64,000 nucleotides of DNA from an uncultured Ignavibacteria bacterium (lineage in GTDB: Bacteria; Zixibacteria; MSB-5A5; SM1-73). The notes beneath the pieces are model-generated. The model did no database searches, was not told where the DNA came from, and saw nothing but the letters and a program-made list of their open reading frames with translations. Position 1 is the first letter of the stretch. Each line of letters starts with the position of its first letter. Shown piece after piece: positions 1-9,771 of the stretch. Location of the stretch: contig CAYGCR010000002.1 in NCBI GenBank assembly GCA_964348415.1, positions 25,069-89,068 on the forward strand, written 5' to 3'. The position numbers and the translations under genes were made by a program.

Positions 1-1645
1 CTAAGGGAAGATGGCTTTCTACTTTGAGCACTACCTTCCCGAAGTTGATCTGATCACGGATCATCTCCTTAACGTCGTCATCCACCTGGTCTGAGTCGGG
101 ATCTATCTGCACCTGGCAAGAGTCCAGGATCAGCTCCAACGGGGAGCTGACCTTTATTGTTCCGAAGAAGAAATCCTGTTCCCGCACGACACCGTGTGAT
201 TGTCCGTCGCCGCAGATGATCTCTCCTGTTACCGTAATGCTTTGCGGAACAGGACTCAGTAAGGATTCCAGCTGGTCCTCGAATATCGACGTCACCGCAG
301 TTCCGAACGGACCGCCTGCCTCGACATCTGCTTGAAGGCTCAGATTCTGTCCGCTCTCTCCCAGGATTTCCACAGAAACGTTGGCCGGAAGAGCAACACC
401 GTTATGGATTTCCAGGCTTAAGCGGGCATTGGTCAGGTGAGCCGACTCAAAGCCCGGAGGAATATCAAGCTGACGATCGACTGGCTCTATCTCCACCCGG
501 GTTGGTTCAATTATCCCGCAAACCTGGTTGAAGATAATCTCGGAAAGAAATGCCTGAGCCGTGACCGAGTCTGAGGAAACAAAGTCGACCAGAGTCCCTT
601 CCGAACCCGGTGACCAGATTCTTGTCTGAACTGTGGCTTCATTTCCGTTATCCGGTTTCAGCGTGTAGCCATCCAAAACGAAAAAGAGATCAGATGAGCT
701 TGAAGCCTCTAGGTCGCAGAGCACAGACAGGTGGTTCCCGTCCCTCTCCAAGCCAGGAAAATCAATGTACACGGTTGCTCTGAAGTTTAAGAAATTACAC
801 ACGTTTAGAGAGAGCCTTCCGGTCTGAATGTGAGCGCTGTCTATCAAGCTTCCGGTAGCCAGTTGTATTCTATCGTTCTGCCGGAGCTGGAAGGAGGGAA
901 CTGTCGCTGTACCTTGTGCCACCCTCATGCTGTCCACAGAAAAGCTGAGATGCAGGTACTTGTCATCAAAGGAGAGAATCTCTCCGCCGGGAGAGATTCC
1001 TTTCGCCTGAACAGCCAGCTGGTTGGAGAGGGTCTTGTCGACCAAGAGAATCTCGCGGCTCAGGGAGTCCCCATCTCCCACCGCACCTGTCAGGCTGTCG
1101 GTGTGGAGAATGGTCGAGAAGCCCCGATCGATCACGCTCACCTCCACCGCGGACAAGTCCAAACCCAGGTGGTTCCCCACCGTCAAGCCGATAAAAGTTT
1201 CGGTGGCGGTGACTTCAGAGAAAGAGGTGAATGGATCCATATCTTCTTCGACGGTGAGGGTGCAAGGCGGCACCACCCCCGGACTTCCCGGATAGAAATC
1301 AGCGAGGAACCAGGTTAGGTATCGCGATTCAGAACACCTGATATCTACCACTCCCAGCGTATCTTTGAGGCTGGTTGAAGTGGAATCGCAGCGCAGTTTG
1401 CCAACCAATCTGATAGTGTCCAAGTCTTCCTCAAAATGAAAGCTCGGATTTCCTAAACTATCCAACTCCAGATATGGCTCGTCTATTCTATCTATCAGGG
1501 AAGCCACGTCGTAATGCTTGTTGACAAGAGGCACGCTCAAAGTCACGTCCCACGTGGGGGTAACGGGCTTCTCTATCGAGCATTGGGTGGTGATTACCGA
1601 CAGAGAAACTACCCAAAGCAGTGTCCAGAATGGAAGACGATTCAT
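1..1645 (-). CDS. Large secreted or lipoprotein-like protein of unknown function. The gene is 5'-complete and 3'-partial: it continues beyond the window start, with more than 548 aa in the window.
   Basis: Manual reverse-complement translation from the ATG at 1645 gives MNRLPFWTLLWVVSLSVITTQCSIEK..., a signal peptide with a possible lipobox Cys. It stays open with no stop codon in the segments I spot-checked, down to position 1. The ORF track does not list it because the stop lies outside the window. The plus-strand ORFs 830..1318 and 1023..1295 overlap it and are probably antisense artefacts. Confidence 0.45.
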   Translation of the reverse strand, partial: MNRLPFWTLLWVVSLSVITTQCSIEKPVTPTWDVTLSVPLVNKHYDVASLIDRIDEPYLELDSLGNPSFHFEEDLDTIRLVGKLRCDSTSTSLKDTLGVVDIRCSESRYLTWFLADFYPGSPGVVPPCTLTVEEDMDPFTSFSEVTATETFIGLTVGNHLGLDLSAVEVSVIDRGFSTILHTDSLTGAVGDGDSLSREILLVDKTLSNQLAVQAKGISPGGEILSFDDKYLHLSFSVDSMRVAQGTATVPSFQLRQNDRIQLATGSLIDSAHIQTGRLSLNVCNFLNFRATVYIDFPGLERDGNHLSVLCDLEASSSSDLFFVLDGYTLKPDNGNEATVQTRIWSPGSEGTLVDFVSSDSVTAQAFLSEIIFNQVCGIIEPTRVEIEPVDRQLDIPPGFESAHLTNARLSLEIHNGVALPANVSVEILGESGQNLSLQADVEAGGPFGTAVTSIFEDQLESLLSPVPQSITVTGEIICGDGQSHGVVREQDFFFGTIKVSSPLELILDSCQVQIDPDSDQVDDDVKEMIRDQINFGKVVLKVESHLPL

Positions 1646-2423
1646 GATTCTCTTCTCGGAATTTCTACTGCCAATCATCCCCGCCTCAAATAGCAAAGCT
1701 TATGACTTCACTTCGGATTAACTAAAGGAGAAAGCTGGTTCCGCCCATGCACCACTAAGGCATTTCGGGAACAGATTTCGAAGGGGGACTAAGCAAAAAT
1801 TAGCAATTGTCGTGCCGACTCCATAGGCGCTTAACGAATTTGTTTAAGTCTTCTGCTTAACCCGTTTTACGAGAGAGGCTTAACAGGTCATTGGTAGGGA
1901 GGCGGTAGCTGGCGTTAGCCTGTCGAAAGGACGCGAAGTTATTGGATTGCTGCAACATTCTGTGGGCGACCAGCTAACATCTCTGATCACTACTGTTTCT
2001 TATCGAGATTGAGAAGAGATTCGGTGAGGGCATCAGCTGGGGGATTCTGAAGTAGAACAAAGACGAGAGGCAAGTGCGCGTAGACCAACGCCATGCCGAC
2101 CCGGACATCCGCTTGCGCCGGTAGTTGCCACATTTATGGGGCTCTCTTAGCTCAATGAATTGAGCACCTACGCGTCCTTTACGCACGATGCCCGCGTGAC
2201 GGGCGAATTTCCCGCCCCGGCTGGTGACAAGCGCCCTCACCCGGGACCACGCACATTGCAGGGTAGGGGTATGCCGCGATAACCGATCGACTCGTCTCCG
2301 GAACGAAAAATCCTCCGATTGATTCCATCTCGTTGGTACTTCTTTTCGTAAAAAACACGAAGATTTGACTTGACAGTTGTCGGTGAGCTTGTTATTTTTT
2401 TCACAAGCTTTGGCAGGAGGGAT

Positions 2424-2798
2424 ATGTTAGAAGTTTATTTTCCCATGTTCCTTTTGATCTTTGTAGTTATCGGAATGGCTCTCGCCATCTTGGGGCTTTC
2501 CTATCTCTTGGGCAGGAGAGTCCGCACCAAAGCCAAACTTTCCACCTACGAGTGTGGTAACGAGCCCTTTGAAGACGCCAGGGGAAGATTCTCAGTCAAA
2601 TTCTACTTAATCGCCATTCTCTTTATCATTTTCGACATAGAGGTTGTGTTTTTATATCCGTGGGCGGTCATATACAGAAAGCTGGGTGTTTTTGGCTTAA
2701 TTGAGATGGGGGTCTTCATTTTGATTCTTCTGGCAGGTTATTTCTATATCATCAAGAAGGGCGCCCTTAAATGGGAGGAGAGTGAGGAGATAACCTGA
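2424..2798 (+). CDS. nuoA: NADH-quinone oxidoreductase subunit A.
   Basis: Small 3-TM protein. The YECG-EPF motif-rich loop and the FLYPWAV segment are typical of NuoA/ND3. It is the first gene of the nuo cluster. An AGGAGG RBS sits 8 nt upstream of the ATG at 2424, whereas the ORF track begins at an upstream in-frame ATG at 2370. Confidence 0.85.
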   Translation: MLEVYFPMFLLIFVVIGMALAILGLSYLLGRRVRTKAKLSTYECGNEPFEDARGRFSVKFYLIAILFIIFDIEVVFLYPWAVIYRKLGVFGLIEMGVFILILLAGYFYIIKKGALKWEESEEIT

Positions 2799-2816
2799 TT
2801 CAGTTTAGGGAAAAAG

Positions 2817-3341
2817 ATGGGCTTGGAGGAATATATACCGCGAGGCATACTACTGACCGCCGTTGACAAGATGGTCAACTGGGCCAGGAGTTCATCTGTC
2901 TGGCCCCTGGCTTTCGGAACAGCTTGCTGTTCGCTAGAGGCGCTTGCCACATTCGCTTCCCGCTTCGACATGGCGCGATTCGGGATGGAAGTCTATCGGG
3001 CATCTCCCCGGCAGGCCGACCTGATGATCGTTGCCGGACGCGTTTCCAACAAGATGGCTCCGGTTGTCAGGACACTCTATGAGCAGATGACCGAGCCCAA
3101 ATGGGTGATAGCCATGGGCGCGTGCGCGTCCACCGGTGGCGTGTTCAACAACTACGCCATCATCCAGGGCGTGGACAAGATCGTGCCGGTGGACATATAC
3201 GTTCCTGGTTGTCCGCCCAGGCCGGAGCAGCTAATCGAAGGAGTGATGAAGCTGCACAAGAAGATTCAGCGGGAGTCGGTGAGAGGGCTTAAGGTACATT
3301 CGGTGCACGGATCAACGGACGAAACGGATCGAAGGATATGA
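2817..3341 (+). CDS. nuoB: NADH-quinone oxidoreductase subunit B (20 kDa, N2 cluster), copy 1 of a tandem pair.
   Basis: Carries the CCxxE, GxCA and PGCPP cysteine motifs of NuoB/PSST: [27 protein letters not shown]. Confidence 0.9.
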   Translation: MGLEEYIPRGILLTAVDKMVNWARSSSVWPLAFGTACCSLEALATFASRFDMARFGMEVYRASPRQADLMIVAGRVSNKMAPVVRTLYEQMTEPKWVIAMGACASTGGVFNNYAIIQGVDKIVPVDIYVPGCPPRPEQLIEGVMKLHKKIQRESVRGLKVHSVHGSTDETDRRI

Positions 3342-3385
3342 TTGAGTAGAAACAGGGCCAAAAGCTCACCTATCAGAAGGAAAAA

Positions 3386-3877
3386 GTGGGTTTAGAGGAA
3401 TACATACCGCGAGGTATACTTCTGACCACGGTCGAGAAGGCGGTCAACTGGTCGAGGAAGTCGTCGCTGTGGCCGGTCACTTTCGGGCTGGCCTGCTGCG
3501 CCATAGAGATGATGTGCACGGCCGCATCCCGCTTTGATCTGGCGCGCTTCGGCATGGAGATCTTCAGGGCTTCGCCCAGGCAGGCGGATTTGATGATCGT
3601 GTCCGGACGAGTTTCGAACAAGATGGCACCGGTGGTCAGGCTGCTTTACGATCAGATGGCGGAGCCCAAGTGGGTGATCGCCATGGGTGCCTGTGCATCC
3701 ACCGGAGGCGTGTTCAACAATTACGCCATCATCCAGGGAGTGGATAAGCTTGTGCCGGTGGATATCTATGTTCCCGGATGTCCACCCAGGCCCGAGCAGT
3801 TGATCGAGGGTATTATGAAATTACACTCCAAGATCATGAAGGAGTCGCTGAAGCGATCAATGGATGAAACGGACTAA
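3386..3877 (+). CDS. nuoB: NADH-quinone oxidoreductase subunit B, copy 2 of the tandem pair.
   Basis: GTG start with a GAAGG RBS. All three NuoB cysteine motifs are present ([22 protein letters not shown]). About 80% aa identity to copy 1, with many synonymous nucleotide differences. Confidence 0.9.
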   Translation: MGLEEYIPRGILLTTVEKAVNWSRKSSLWPVTFGLACCAIEMMCTAASRFDLARFGMEIFRASPRQADLMIVSGRVSNKMAPVVRLLYDQMAEPKWVIAMGACASTGGVFNNYAIIQGVDKLVPVDIYVPGCPPRPEQLIEGIMKLHSKIMKESLKRSMDETD

Positions 3878-3924
3878 GCGGATGCGTCAGCGGATAAAGC
3901 GGATTTAACGGATGGACTGTTAAG

Positions 3925-4425
3925 GTGGCCAGTTTAATATTGACAAGATTAAAAGAGAAGTTTCTGGAGTCAATTCTCCAGAGCATTGACTTCAGAGGAG
4001 AATTGACGGTCGTGGTAAGGAAACAAGATATTGTGTCCGTTTGTACATTTTTGCGGGACGATACCGAACTCTCCTTTGATTTTCTTTCTGACCTTACCGC
4101 GGTCGATCATCTGAGTAGAAAGCCCAGATTCGACGTAATATACCATCTTTACTCATTGGATAAGAATCATCGATTGAGATTGAAAGTAGAAGTTGAGGAA
4201 GGCGCAAGCGTTCCCTCGGTCACCTCTATCTGGTGCGCGGCCAACTGGTTAGAGAGAGAAGTATTTGACATGTTCGGAATAAGATTCGACAATCATCCGG
4301 ACTTGAGAAGAATACTCATGCCTGAAGACTGGATCAGTCATCCGCTCAGAAAGGACTTCCCCTTGACACGAGAAGAGGTGCAGTTCACACATAACAAGAA
4401 TCGTCCTCCAAAAGTCGAAAGCTGA
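3925..4425 (+). CDS. nuoC: NADH-quinone oxidoreductase subunit C (30 kDa).
   Basis: Its position between nuoB and nuoD and its size (166 aa) fit the 30-kDa subunit family. GTG start. Confidence 0.85.
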   Translation: MASLILTRLKEKFLESILQSIDFRGELTVVVRKQDIVSVCTFLRDDTELSFDFLSDLTAVDHLSRKPRFDVIYHLYSLDKNHRLRLKVEVEEGASVPSVTSIWCAANWLEREVFDMFGIRFDNHPDLRRILMPEDWISHPLRKDFPLTREEVQFTHNKNRPPKVES

Positions 4426-4433
4426 GGTAGAAC

Positions 4434-5636
4434 TTGGGTCCGCAGACTTTAACCAAAATCCAAAAGGTGGGCAAGAACACCATGGTTCTGAACATGGGGC
4501 CCCAGCATCCGGCCACGCACGGAGTGCTACGGGTCATTCTGGAACTGGATGGAGAGACCATTGTCAAGGCCACTCCCGACATAGGATTCCTCCATACGGG
4601 CATTGAGAAGACCATGGAGGATAAGACCTACGCTCAAGTGATTCCTCTTACCGACAGGATGGATTATGTGGCCAATCTATCCAATAACTTGGCTTACCTT
4701 CTCTCAGTGGAAAAGCTTTTGGATATACAGGCTCCTCCCAAAGCTAAGGTTGTCAGGGTGCTCTTGACGGAGCTGACCCGTATCGCCAGCCATCTGGTGT
4801 GGGTGGGCAGCCATGCCATGGATATAGGCGTCCAGAGCATGATGATCTATGGTTTCCGGGAGAGGGAGAAGCTGCTGGACATATTCGAGCTGTGCTCCGG
4901 GCAAAGGATGATGACCTCTTATTTCAGAATCGGCGGCTTGGCGCAGGATATACCCGACGGGTTCGAAGAAAAGGTGAGGGAGGTTTTGGAAACCTTCCCC
5001 GGTCGAATAGACGATTACGAAAATCTTCTCACCAGGAATCGCATCTGGCTCAATCGAACAGTAGGAGTGGGCAAGATCTCGGCTGAAGATGCCATAGATT
5101 GCGGCGTATCAGGTCCCATCCTGAGGGCGTGCGGAGTGAAGTGGGACATCCGAAAATCCAATCCCTACTCCGGATACGATCAGTTCGAGTTTGACATCCC
5201 CACCGGAAAAAACGGCGACGTTTATGACCGTTACTTAGTCCGCATTGCGGAGATGAGACAGAGCTTGAGGATCGTCCGGCAGGCTCTGGAGAGCATCCCG
5301 GAAGGAGGCTTCGTGGCCCGGGTCCCCGGAGTTGTCCTCCCTCCCAAGGAGGAGGTTCTCCGCAACATCGAGGCTTTGATATTCCAATTCAAATTGGTGG
5401 TGGATGGTTTCTCGGCTCCGGTGGGTGAGGTCTATCACTCCATAGAGAGCCCCAAGGGAGAAATAGGATACTACATCGTCTCCGACGGATCCAACAAACC
5501 GTATCGAGTGAGAGTCCGGCCCCCTTGCTTTGTCAATTTAAGTGCTCTTCCCAAGATGATCGAAGGAAGGCTGCTGGCCGACGTGGTGGCCGTGATCGGA
5601 AGCATCGATATAGTGCTGGGAGAAATCGACAGGTAG
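4434..5636 (+). CDS. nuoD: NADH-quinone oxidoreductase subunit D (49 kDa).
   Basis: Contains the LNMGPQHPATHGVLR motif conserved in NuoD/Nqo4. About 400 aa. The TTG start at 4434 is an alternative to the ATG at 4479. Confidence 0.9.
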   Translation: MGPQTLTKIQKVGKNTMVLNMGPQHPATHGVLRVILELDGETIVKATPDIGFLHTGIEKTMEDKTYAQVIPLTDRMDYVANLSNNLAYLLSVEKLLDIQAPPKAKVVRVLLTELTRIASHLVWVGSHAMDIGVQSMMIYGFREREKLLDIFELCSGQRMMTSYFRIGGLAQDIPDGFEEKVREVLETFPGRIDDYENLLTRNRIWLNRTVGVGKISAEDAIDCGVSGPILRACGVKWDIRKSNPYSGYDQFEFDIPTGKNGDVYDRYLVRIAEMRQSLRIVRQALESIPEGGFVARVPGVVLPPKEEVLRNIEALIFQFKLVVDGFSAPVGEVYHSIESPKGEIGYYIVSDGSNKPYRVRVRPPCFVNLSALPKMIEGRLLADVVAVIGSIDIVLGEIDR

Positions 5637-5662
5637 GAAGGTTTCAGGTTTAAGGTTGAAGG

Positions 5663-6151
5663 TTGACCTATATGTTGAATGAGACGGCTCAAAAGAAGAT
5701 CGCGGAGTTGAAGGGCAAGTATCCTCAGAGGCGGAGCGCCATTCTTCCGGCCATGCACGTGGTGCTGGAGGAGGTGGGCTTCTACAATCGGGACATCGTC
5801 AAGCAGGTGGCAGGCCTTCTTGATCTCAGCGAGATGGAACTCAGCGAGACCCTTTCCTTCTATACCTACTTCCCCAAGGAAGGGGTGGGGAAATATCACA
5901 TTCAGGTGTGCACCAACGTCTCCTGCATGCTTTCAGGGGCTGAGCAGTTGGTGAGTTACTTAGAGGAGAAGCTGAAGATAAAGGTCGGCCAAACCACCGC
6001 GGACGGCCTTTTCACGTTAACCGCGGTTGAATGCTTGGGTTCGTGCGGCACGGCTCCGGTGATGCAGATAAATCAGGCATACTACGAGAACTTGACCAGG
6101 GCCAAGGTGGATGAAATAATCGAGGAGTTGAGAAAGCAGGGAGGTACGTGA
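5663..6151 (+). CDS. nuoE: NADH-quinone oxidoreductase subunit E (24 kDa, 2Fe-2S).
   Basis: Thioredoxin-like 2Fe-2S cysteines: CTNVSC and CLGSCGTAPV. Confidence 0.9.
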   Translation: MTYMLNETAQKKIAELKGKYPQRRSAILPAMHVVLEEVGFYNRDIVKQVAGLLDLSEMELSETLSFYTYFPKEGVGKYHIQVCTNVSCMLSGAEQLVSYLEEKLKIKVGQTTADGLFTLTAVECLGSCGTAPVMQINQAYYENLTRAKVDEIIEELRKQGGT

Positions 6152-6274
6152 GACAGATCTCGGCTTAGTTGTGCCGGAGTGTCCCGCTTTAGCGGGACCA
6201 ACAAAGCCAGTCCACCTAAAGGCGGACACTCCAGCTTTGTTTCTCTATGTCTTTGTGAGGTCAGTTAGGAAGTA

Positions 6275-7555
6275 ATGGAAAAGATCCTGTTCAAACATAT
6301 AGACGTTCCTGATCAACATAAGATCGAGACCTACATCAAAAATGGCGGCTATCAAGCTCTGCCTAAAGCTTTGAAGGAACACACCCCGGATCAGATAATT
6401 GAGATGGTCAAGACATCCGGTTTGAGAGGAAGGGGAGGGGCCGGTTTCCCCGCCGGGATGAAATGGGGCTTCGTGCCCAAAGACTCGCCCCATCCCAATT
6501 TCCTGCTCTGCAATGCTGATGAGGGGGAGCCGGGGACATTCAAAGACAGGGCTTTGATCGAGAACGATCCCCACCAGTTGATAGAGGGAATCATCATTGC
6601 CTCATACGCCATAGGAGCGCACCAGGCCTTCATCTACATTCGCGGAGAATTCTATTTTGAGGCCAAGAGACTGCAGGAGGCGATAGACGAATCCTATCGG
6701 AAAGGATATCTGGGAAAGAATGTCCTGGGATCTGGATTCGACCTGGATCTCGATATACATAGAGGAGGAGGAGCCTACGTCTGCGGAGAGGAGACATCTT
6801 TGATGGAGTCCATAGAAGGGAAAAGGGGAAACCCCAGACTCAAGCCTCCTTTCCCGGCCTCGGTAGGACTTTATAAAAACCCGACGGTGATAAACAACGT
6901 GGAAACCCTGTCAAATGTTCCTCACATCGTGTTGAACGGAGGAGAGTGGTATGCAAAGATCGGCACGCCCAAAAGCACAGGCACCAAGATATTCTCCTTA
7001 TCCGGTCACGTGAAGAAGCCGGGAAATTATGAGCTGCCCATGGGCGTCACCTTGCGAGAGCTGGTCTACGAGCACGGCGGGGGAATAAAGAATGATCGCA
7101 AGCTCAAAGCGGTGATCCCTGGGGGGGTCTCCACCCCGGTTCTGACGGCCGACCTTATTGACGTGAAGATGGATTTCGATTCCCTTTACGAGGCTGGATC
7201 GCTGTTGGGTTCTGGAGCTACCATCGTGATGGACGAGACCACCTGTATGGTGAAGGTGGCCTACCGCATCTCCAAGTTCTTCGAGCACGAGTCGTGTGGA
7301 AAATGTGTTCCCTGTCGAGAGGGAACCAGATGGATCAGACAGATCATGGAGAGGATTGAAAACGGAAAGGGTAGAGAGGAAGACATAGAACCTCTGCGGG
7401 ACATCTGCGCCAATATAGCCGGAAATACCGTCTGCCCTCTGGGCGATGCGGCAGTTATTCCGATCCAGAGCACCATTGAGAAATTCCGGGATGAATACGA
7501 GTATCACATAAAGCATAAGAAATGTATGGTCGATTTGGGCCAGAGATTTCTCTAG
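6275..7555 (+). CDS. nuoF: NADH-quinone oxidoreductase subunit F (51 kDa, FMN/NADH site).
   Basis: FMN-binding GRGGAGFP motif and a C-terminal 4Fe-4S CGKCVPCREG motif. Confidence 0.92.
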   Translation: MEKILFKHIDVPDQHKIETYIKNGGYQALPKALKEHTPDQIIEMVKTSGLRGRGGAGFPAGMKWGFVPKDSPHPNFLLCNADEGEPGTFKDRALIENDPHQLIEGIIIASYAIGAHQAFIYIRGEFYFEAKRLQEAIDESYRKGYLGKNVLGSGFDLDLDIHRGGGAYVCGEETSLMESIEGKRGNPRLKPPFPASVGLYKNPTVINNVETLSNVPHIVLNGGEWYAKIGTPKSTGTKIFSLSGHVKKPGNYELPMGVTLRELVYEHGGGIKNDRKLKAVIPGGVSTPVLTADLIDVKMDFDSLYEAGSLLGSGATIVMDETTCMVKVAYRISKFFEHESCGKCVPCREGTRWIRQIMERIENGKGREEDIEPLRDICANIAGNTVCPLGDAAVIPIQSTIEKFRDEYEYHIKHKKCMVDLGQRFL

Positions 7556-7590
7556 GTCCGTCAACAGATTGAACGGATTAAACGGATAGC

Positions 7591-9765
7591 ATGGTAACTT
7601 TGACCATAGATGGAAAGCAGGTGACGGTGGAGGAGGGGACTACGATTCTCACGGCGGCGGAAAAGCTAGGCATTGAGATACCCACCTTCTGTTATCACGA
7701 CAAACTGGAGCCGGTGGGTGCCTGTCGTATGTGCTTGGTAGAAGTGGAGAAGATGTGGAAGTTACAGGTGGCCTGCGCAACGCCGGTGACGGAAGGGATG
7801 GTGGTGAAAACCGACACGCCCAAGGTGAAAGCTGCCCGAAAAGGCGTCCTGGAATTTCTGCTTATCAATCACCCGTTGGACTGTCCGGTGTGTGACAAGG
7901 GCGGAGAATGTGAGCTTCAGAACCTAGTCTTCAAATACGGGTCGGACAAAAGCAGGTATGTGGAGGAAAAAAGAAGGTTTGTGGTCGACCCGAAGTCCAA
8001 ATATGATGATCTTGACATCGGACCCCAAATAGTAAGAAATATGAATCGGTGCATACTGTGCAGAAAATGTGTTCGATTCATTAACGAGATCGGGCGAGAG
8101 ACCGATTTAGGCACCTTCGGAAGAGCAGCCAAATCAGAAATCAACGTCCTGCCCGACATTCCGGTAGACAATCCGTATTCGGGAAACACGGTGGAGATAT
8201 GTCCGGTGGGCGCTTTGACATCCAAGTCCTTTAGACACAAAACAAGAGTCTGGGAGTTGAAAGCCACGCCATCGGTTTGTCCGCTCTGCGCGGACGGATG
8301 CAATATCAACCTGTGGACCAAGGATGACCAGATCTATCGCATCACCTCAAGAAGAAACGATTTCGTGGATGAGGGTTTCTTGTGCGATAAGGGCAGGTTC
8401 GGATTCGAGTACGTGCATTCTCCCAACAGGTTGGAACATCCTCTGATAAGAGAGAACGGAAAGCTCTCGCCAACGGATTGGGACGAGGCAATCGAATTGG
8501 TGGCATCCAAATTGAAAACTATAAGGGAGCAATCCGGCGCGGATGCTCTGGCTGGGATAGGATCGCACAAACTCACCAATGAAGAGAGCTACCTTTTTCA
8601 GAAGTTCTTTAGAGTGGTGGTGGGAACTAATAACATTGATCATAGAATCCATTCAGAGCATGCCCTGCCAAATCCGGTTCTCAATAGCGGCAACCAGGTT
8701 CACGGCATGGTCAACTCAATCGCAGACATCGAAAAGGCTGGGATGATTCTCGTCCTGGGCTGTGACCTGGAGAAAGAGCATCCTATAGCGAACTTGCGAG
8801 TGATTAAGTCCGCCCGGAAAGGCAGCCTGTTGTTTGCGGCAAACCCGGAAAGCACTCGGCTAGGGCGATTCGCAAAGGACGAGCTGGTTTACAGTAAAGG
8901 CGCCGAGTCCGCCCTTCTGAATGGTTTGATGGAAGAGCTGGGAGAGAAAGGCCAGCAGCTCGACAAGTCCAACATGTCACAAAGGACAGGCCTCACTTTG
9001 GAAAGAATGGGCGATCTGGCCCAAGCTTTGGCAAAGGCCGAGAGCATAATCGTTCTCTGTGGCAAGGAAATCATCAGGCATCCTGACAGCGCGGAACTTA
9101 TCGGAAAGCTGCATAGGCTGATGCATCTGACCGGACAGGAGGACACGGATGGCAGCGGCATCAATCTCCTTTGGGAGGGCTGCAATTCCCAAGGTGCCTC
9201 GGATTGCGGTGTGCTGCCGGATAGGCTTCCAGGGTACGTGGATGTGGCAGACGACAGTTGGAGAGCCAAGGTTGCACAAGTCTGGCAAACGGCGATTCCA
9301 AGCAAGCCGGGACTGAATTTCAATTCGATGCTGCAAGGAGCCAACCAAGGCAAGATCAGAGCCATGTGCGTAGCAGGTGCGGACCCGGTGAGCGACAACC
9401 CCGACAAAGCTTACGCGGAGAATGCACTGGCGAAGCTTGATTTTATGGTGGTGCAGGATATCTGCTTGAGCGAGACGGCCAGGCTGGCTGACGTGGTTCT
9501 CCCCGGAGCTTCTTTTGCTGAAAAAGAGGGCACCTTCACCAACGTGGAGAGAAGGATTCAGAAGCTGGCTAAGGCCTTCGGTCCGATAGGAAACTCGAAA
9601 CCTGACTGGTACATCATCTGCATGTTGGCCCAAGTGCTGGGGCACGATTTCGATTACAATTCGCCTGCTCAAGTTTTCGAAGAACTGGCTAAGGTTTCAC
9701 CCGTTCATGCAAACCTGAGGTGGCAGGATTTAGGCGAGACGGGAAAACGCTGGGAAATAACTTAA
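7591..9765 (+). CDS. nuoG: NADH-quinone oxidoreductase subunit G (75 kDa).
   Basis: N-terminal 2Fe-2S ferredoxin cysteines (CYHDKLEPVGACRMC), the HPLDCPVCDKGGEC 4Fe-4S motif and a molybdopterin-oxidoreductase-like C-terminal region. Confidence 0.9.
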   Translation: MVTLTIDGKQVTVEEGTTILTAAEKLGIEIPTFCYHDKLEPVGACRMCLVEVEKMWKLQVACATPVTEGMVVKTDTPKVKAARKGVLEFLLINHPLDCPVCDKGGECELQNLVFKYGSDKSRYVEEKRRFVVDPKSKYDDLDIGPQIVRNMNRCILCRKCVRFINEIGRETDLGTFGRAAKSEINVLPDIPVDNPYSGNTVEICPVGALTSKSFRHKTRVWELKATPSVCPLCADGCNINLWTKDDQIYRITSRRNDFVDEGFLCDKGRFGFEYVHSPNRLEHPLIRENGKLSPTDWDEAIELVASKLKTIREQSGADALAGIGSHKLTNEESYLFQKFFRVVVGTNNIDHRIHSEHALPNPVLNSGNQVHGMVNSIADIEKAGMILVLGCDLEKEHPIANLRVIKSARKGSLLFAANPESTRLGRFAKDELVYSKGAESALLNGLMEELGEKGQQLDKSNMSQRTGLTLERMGDLAQALAKAESIIVLCGKEIIRHPDSAELIGKLHRLMHLTGQEDTDGSGINLLWEGCNSQGASDCGVLPDRLPGYVDVADDSWRAKVAQVWQTAIPSKPGLNFNSMLQGANQGKIRAMCVAGADPVSDNPDKAYAENALAKLDFMVVQDICLSETARLADVVLPGASFAEKEGTFTNVERRIQKLAKAFGPIGNSKPDWYIICMLAQVLGHDFDYNSPAQVFEELAKVSPVHANLRWQDLGETGKRWEIT

Positions 9766-9771
9766 GAGTAT

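Noticed and set aside
830-1721. Plus-strand ORFs 830..1318, 1023..1295 and 1518..1721.
   Set aside because: They are antisense to the long signal-peptide ORF I translated on the minus strand, and their products have no recognisable features.
2129-2215. tRNA-like fragment. GCTCAATGAATTGAGC resembles a D-arm and GGGCGAATTTCCCGCCC resembles a T-arm.
   Set aside because: I could not build a consistent acceptor stem or anticodon arm around them. The spacing is about 85 nt without a matching 3' acceptor strand. Most likely chance hairpins in the nuo upstream region.
1974-2240. 88-aa Arg-rich ORF on the minus strand upstream of nuoA.
   Set aside because: Its composition looks like a GC-skewed spurious frame, with no RBS and no family resemblance. 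More likely non-coding leader or promoter DNA of the nuo operon.
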